Origin: a virus
Direction: 5' to 3' (one strand)
DNA: 64,000 nucleotides
Virus record (IMG/VR): IMGVR_UViG_3300028025_004808
Location: 6,179-70,178 of that record
Below the pieces are notes generated by a model. That model did no database searches. It saw nothing but the letters and a program-made list of their open reading frames with translations, and had not been told where the DNA came from. Positions 55,121-64,000 of this stretch are shown one piece after another. Every line of letters starts with the position of its first letter. Positions within the stretch are counted from its first letter, which is position 1. Position numbers and translations under genes: made by a program.

Positions 55121-56724
55121 AAACAATTCAAAGACTTAATGATTATCAGTCTTTAAGGGCGTACAATTTTGTTTCTTTGGATTCTGTTAATATTCTTGAT
55201 ACAAATACAAATTCTGGATGGTATATATCAAGTGGAAACGGTTCATTAATTGTTTCTGGTGAAAACTTTTTTTGTAGTTCTCATTACGTTTTAAAAATAA
55301 ATCCAATTAACAAAGAGCCTATAACTTTAAGACTTGATTTCGACACAGAAACAACTCCATTTGAAATTGAAGATATAGGTCAAAGATTTGTTTTTACTTC
55401 TGTATTAAATTGCAACTTAGGCAATCCTCAGGTGTCTGCATTGATTTGCAACTCTAACGATGGATGCGGTGAACCAAATATAAGAAACCTTGTTGGTGGC
55501 TCTTGGGATGCAGTAAGGTCAAATGTGTTGACGGTTACAGGACTGGAAGACGGTGTTGACGCATACGGCATAACCGTAACTATTTCAAACCACAGCCCAA
55601 ACTTTGACCCAAATTTTGACCAATTGGCTAACCCAGGAGTTGTGCCTACACCTCTTTCAACAATATATCTTTCTACGCCAAACTTGGTGAATGACTCGGC
55701 TTGGGCAAATAATCCGGTTATTCAAAACATAAGACCTTATATACCTAATTTTTTTGAAAGTTATGACTCAAATGAACTAGACCCAACTTGGCCATTCTTT
55801 AGACTTGTTGATGTACTTACAGATGGAATAGCAGACAGTATGTTTCAGTACTCCGAATGGTTTCAATATGAAAAATCTGAATTACCTGCCAACTTTAGTG
55901 CTGCCGACATAGGAACAAGAAGCAGGCTTACTGACTACAACAATGTTAGAGATGAAAATCTTGATTGGCTTGCTCAGTTTTCTGGTCGTCAAGTAACTAA
56001 GCAGTTATACGATGCAAACAATACGGAGATAATAACCGATACTGAAGCATACAGAATTGCTCAACTTTATCCAGCCATTTACGGACGCGGTTCTGGGACT
56101 CAAGGTTCATTAAGAGCCGCTGCACAGTTTGTTCTAACTGGCGAAAAAACAGTATCTGTTAGCCAAAGATATGACGCTGGAAGCGGAGCAAATCCTTGGA
56201 ACATAAGAATTACAACTTTAGGTTCGGAAACGCCAGATGTTGACTACAGAGGAAAAGTGGTAGCAGCCTCTACTGCAAATGTAAATATTTCTAGCGGTCT
56301 TGAAAATGGCGACATTATTGACGGAGTAACTCTTGTGACGGGCAATAAAGTTCTTTTAAAGAATCAATCAACACAGTCACAAAACGGCGTCTATACAGTC
56401 GTTGCTTCTGGAGCGGCATCTAGGTCTACAGACTTTGACACTGGATGGAATGGTACGACAGGAGAAATTAAACAAGGCGCAGTATGGTACGTCACTCAAG
56501 GCGACACAAACGGTGACAAGTCTTTTGAAGTTTCTACTACTGGAAATATCACTATTGGCTCTACAGCAATAAATTTTTCTAGTTTTGCTGGTTCACCTAA
56601 TGTGTTAAGTGTTGTGGCAGAAGCAAAGCCAATGGGGTACAAGATTTATCATACGATTGTTGATGAATTTACATTGACTCTTGGTAGCGGCACATTCGGA
56701 GTTCTCGGTACTGCCACCTTGTAG
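55117..56724 (+). CDS. Baseplate wedge/tail protein (P2 gpI-like) with inserted fibre-type domain
   Basis: LDWLAQFSG, RGSGTQGSLRAAAQ, AKPMG. Insertion GNKVLLKNQSTQSQNGVY. Confidence 0.7.
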   Translation: MKTIQRLNDYQSLRAYNFVSLDSVNILDTNTNSGWYISSGNGSLIVSGENFFCSSHYVLKINPINKEPITLRLDFDTETTPFEIEDIGQRFVFTSVLNCNLGNPQVSALICNSNDGCGEPNIRNLVGGSWDAVRSNVLTVTGLEDGVDAYGITVTISNHSPNFDPNFDQLANPGVVPTPLSTIYLSTPNLVNDSAWANNPVIQNIRPYIPNFFESYDSNELDPTWPFFRLVDVLTDGIADSMFQYSEWFQYEKSELPANFSAADIGTRSRLTDYNNVRDENLDWLAQFSGRQVTKQLYDANNTEIITDTEAYRIAQLYPAIYGRGSGTQGSLRAAAQFVLTGEKTVSVSQRYDAGSGANPWNIRITTLGSETPDVDYRGKVVAASTANVNISSGLENGDIIDGVTLVTGNKVLLKNQSTQSQNGVYTVVASGAASRSTDFDTGWNGTTGEIKQGAVWYVTQGDTNGDKSFEVSTTGNITIGSTAINFSSFAGSPNVLSVVAEAKPMGYKIYHTIVDEFTLTLGSGTFGVLGTATL

Positions 56725-56769
56725 CCATTGTTATAAGGCACAATATATAAGAGGTTTTAAGGTGGTCAC

Positions 56770-57135
56770 ATGATTGCAGGAAATTACAACATACTCTGTG
56801 AGCAAGGTGTTACTTTTACGCGCGTCATAGCCATTGAGCAGCCAAGCGCAGAAGACCCAGAGGTCTTTGAGCCGTATCCGCTTACTGACCACACCGCAAG
56901 AATGCAAGTTCGTAGAACAGTAGAGTCAACTAGCCCTTTAATTACTCTGACTACAGAAAATGGTCGCATATCTCTTAATGAGCCTGATGGAGTTATAACT
57001 ATAGTTATAAGCGCTGCAGATACGTCTGCTTTAACCTCAAGCGGCGTGTACGACCTAGAAATAATTGATGACTCTGGCAATGTTTCTAGAGTTATTCAAG
57101 GAACATTTACGTTGTCGCTAGAGGTAACTAGATGA
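56770..57135 (+). CDS. Small tail-associated beta-sandwich protein
   Basis: YNILCEQGVTF, ARMQVR, GVYDLEI, RVIQGTF...EVTR. Common pattern in phage fibre regions. Confidence 0.7.
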   Translation: MIAGNYNILCEQGVTFTRVIAIEQPSAEDPEVFEPYPLTDHTARMQVRRTVESTSPLITLTTENGRISLNEPDGVITIVISAADTSALTSSGVYDLEIIDDSGNVSRVIQGTFTLSLEVTR

Positions 57136-57446
57136 GTAATTCAGTTCCAAACAACGTCAATGTTTATCAAGATACTCCTAATAGGGTAACTGTTGACCAA
57201 GACTCACCAAATATAGTTGTTGTTCGTTCAACTTCACCAAGTTCGTCAAGTTCAAGAAGGCATATCCACACTCAAGGTGTTGCGTCTGCTGAATGGGTAA
57301 TCACCCATACCCTTGGTGGCTACCCATCTGTGTCCATTGTTGATTCTGCAAAAACAGCAGTCTTTGGTGAAGTACAATATGACAGTACGACACAGGTGAC
57401 AGTTTCTTTCACGGTGCCGTTCTCTGGATACGCATATCTAACTTAA
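57132..57446 (+). CDS. Small tail-fibre-associated protein
   Basis: HTQGVASAEWVITHTLGGYPSVSIVD...FSGYAYL. Confidence 0.7.
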   Translation: MSNSVPNNVNVYQDTPNRVTVDQDSPNIVVVRSTSPSSSSSRRHIHTQGVASAEWVITHTLGGYPSVSIVDSAKTAVFGEVQYDSTTQVTVSFTVPFSGYAYLT

Positions 57447-57458
57447 AGGCGAGGGCCA

Positions 57459-58754
57459 ATGGCAACTAAATTTCTCACAAATATTGACCTAAACCAGAAT
57501 CAACTGGTTAACGCCACCTTTGAAGTTCTTGGCACAGCCCCAAGCACTGGTAACTTTGAAGGTCGGATGTACTACAACAGTACTACCGACAGCATTGAAA
57601 TCTATGGCAATGGTGCATGGCGCAAGGTTGTAAACAGCATCTCTTCTGGTGGTGGCGTAGGGATTGCTGAAGCCCTTACTGTTTCAGAGTCCAATGGCGT
57701 TGTAACCCTCACTCTCAATGTTGCAGATACCGACTCTGCTGGTTTGCTTTCATCCGCATTCTGGAATGACCTTAATGGGGCAACATCAGATGCAACAGCA
57801 TCTAAGTTGGTCAAGCGTGACGCAAATGGCAATATCAAGGTTGCCGAACCAACCGATGCTGCCCATGCTGCTACAAAGGGCTATGTAGACGCAGCCCGTG
57901 CAGGTCTTGATGTTAAGCAATCAGTTCGTGCAGCGACAACTGGACCAGTCAACCTTTCCACAGGACTTGAGGCTGGCGACACTCTTGACACTACCGTAAC
58001 CCTTGCTGAAGGTAACCGAGTTCTTGTTAAGGACCAAGCAACAGCATCTCAAAACGGTATCTATGTTGTCCAGGCTTCTGGTGCAGCAGTTCGTGCAACA
58101 GACTTTGATGGCACTGGTGAAGTTTCTGGTGGAGCATTTACTTTTGTTGAAGAAGGTACTGTCAACGCCGACTCTGGATGGGTTGTAACAAGCAACGGAG
58201 CGATTGCTGTCGGAACAGACGCAATCAACTGGGCACAGTTCTCTGGTGCTGGTTCAATCACGGCTGGTGACGGTCTCACTAAGACTGGTAACACAATTGA
58301 TGTTGTCGGTACGACTGACCGTATTTCGGTATCTGCAAACGCTGTAGACATTGCTTCTACATATGCTGGTCAGAACACGATTACAACGCTTGGCACAATC
58401 ACCACTGGTGTTTGGAATGGCACTGATGTTGCCGTCACAGACGGTGGTACTGGTGCTTCAACAGCAGCAGATGCTCGTACAAACCTCGCAAGCACCTCAA
58501 CTTCTGGTCAGACAACTTCTGTTGCAGTTCTTGCAAGAGTCGTTCACCAGGCTTGTGCTGCTTCTTCAGTTGGTGTTTCAACCACAACCGTTACGCACAA
58601 CTTTGGAACAAAGAATGTAACTGTTCAGGTTTATCAAGTTTCAACTGGCGAGACCGTAAACTGTGATGTTGTTCGCTCAAGCAATGATGCTGTTGTTGTT
58701 ACAATGAACGGAACAATCTCTTCTGACGATTTCCATATCGTAGTAACAGGTTAA
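57459..58754 (+). CDS. Tail fibre/structural protein
   Basis: AATKGYVD, GLDVKQSVRAATT, RVLVKDQATASQNGIY, QFSGAGSITAGDGLTKTGNT. Confidence 0.8.
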   Translation: MATKFLTNIDLNQNQLVNATFEVLGTAPSTGNFEGRMYYNSTTDSIEIYGNGAWRKVVNSISSGGGVGIAEALTVSESNGVVTLTLNVADTDSAGLLSSAFWNDLNGATSDATASKLVKRDANGNIKVAEPTDAAHAATKGYVDAARAGLDVKQSVRAATTGPVNLSTGLEAGDTLDTTVTLAEGNRVLVKDQATASQNGIYVVQASGAAVRATDFDGTGEVSGGAFTFVEEGTVNADSGWVVTSNGAIAVGTDAINWAQFSGAGSITAGDGLTKTGNTIDVVGTTDRISVSANAVDIASTYAGQNTITTLGTITTGVWNGTDVAVTDGGTGASTAADARTNLASTSTSGQTTSVAVLARVVHQACAASSVGVSTTTVTHNFGTKNVTVQVYQVSTGETVNCDVVRSSNDAVVVTMNGTISSDDFHIVVTG

Positions 58755-58781
58755 TAGTCTGCCCTGAGGGGCAAAATGTAG

Positions 58782-63460
<4,679 letters not shown>

Positions 63461-63461
<1 letters not shown>

Positions 63462-63793
63462 TGGCATTAACACAAAAAAGACTATTTGGTCCTGCTGCGG
63501 CTGTGACCTCACCAACCGACGATGCGACTGGTCGCTATGTAGTACCAACTTCTACAACGACAATAGTTAAGCAAATTTTGTTTTGTAACACCAGTTCATC
63601 GGCGGGCACTGTTCGTTTGGCTGTTGGGACTACAGCAACTGCGGCAAACAGAATTATTTCAGACTTGACAGTTGCTGGCAATGAAACAATTTCATTTAAC
63701 TGTTCATTGGTTATGACTGCAGCGGAAAAACTATTTTTCGTAGCAAATGCCACAACGATGACAATTACGGTGAACGGAGTAGAGGAAGCCTAA
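63461..63793 (+). CDS. Small beta-rich fibre-associated protein
   Basis: TAATG coupling to the collagen fibre. YVVP...IVKQILFCNT...ITVNGVE. Confidence 0.7.
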
Positions 63794-63795
63794 CC

Positions 63796-63999
63796 ATGCC
63801 TGGCATATCTCGCTATCCAACAACGAGTCCATTTATTGACTCTGCTGACCCTGTTTACGGAACAGGGATGGACGGCGACGCAGTTCTTGATGGTTCAACA
63901 ACAGTTTTAGGAATGGCTCCTTCTGCAAGCGTCTACACAATGACAAGAGATATGTTCTTTGACGACCTAACTCTTAATGCGAGCGTAAGGCTTGCTCCT
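63796..63999 (+). CDS. Structural protein, 3'-truncated by window edge
   Basis: GAGGA RBS. MPGISRYPTTSPFIDSADPVYGTGMDGDAVLDG... stays open to the window end. Confidence 0.65.
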   Translation, partial: MPGISRYPTTSPFIDSADPVYGTGMDGDAVLDGSTTVLGMAPSASVYTMTRDMFFDDLTLNASVRLAP

Positions 64000-64000
64000 A

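Noticed and set aside
58760-58773. Hairpin TGCCC-TGAG-GGGCA between fibre genes
   Set aside because: Only a 5-bp stem and no T-tract on the coding strand; too weak to call a terminator.

Overview
This window is a 64-kb segment of a large contractile-tailed (myovirus-like) dsDNA phage. No tRNA, rRNA, CRISPR array or IS element was seen. Layout: 3' part of a class II ribonucleotide reductase (+), then a ~29.7-kb minus-strand head module (portal -> HK97-type prohead protease -> ~17.7 kb of extra genes -> HK97-fold major capsid protein -> small genes). A divergently transcribed plus-strand block follows: terminase, recombination genes (Rad52/Sak, PD-(D/E)XK exonuclease, HNH, RuvC), a ParB + PAPS-reductase + ParB trio, then a neck/tail/baseplate/fibre module running off the window end. 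The most striking feature is the head module. The protease is fused to ~1,750 extra residues and is followed by proteins of 1875, 667, 1005 and 1283 aa. These carry toxin-type domains (kinase, zeta-toxin-like, HEXXH peptidases, ADP-ribosyltransferase-like). They share short motifs: K|[SGA][LI]G resembling the capsid delta-domain cleavage site, FDPxAWDGDxDGIVQEGTPFQRP, and many [FLM]AS linkers that bracket the domains. I infer a capsid-packaged, protease-processed effector polyprotein system. All family assignments are by motif recognition, without database searches. An actinobacterial host is a weak guess only.
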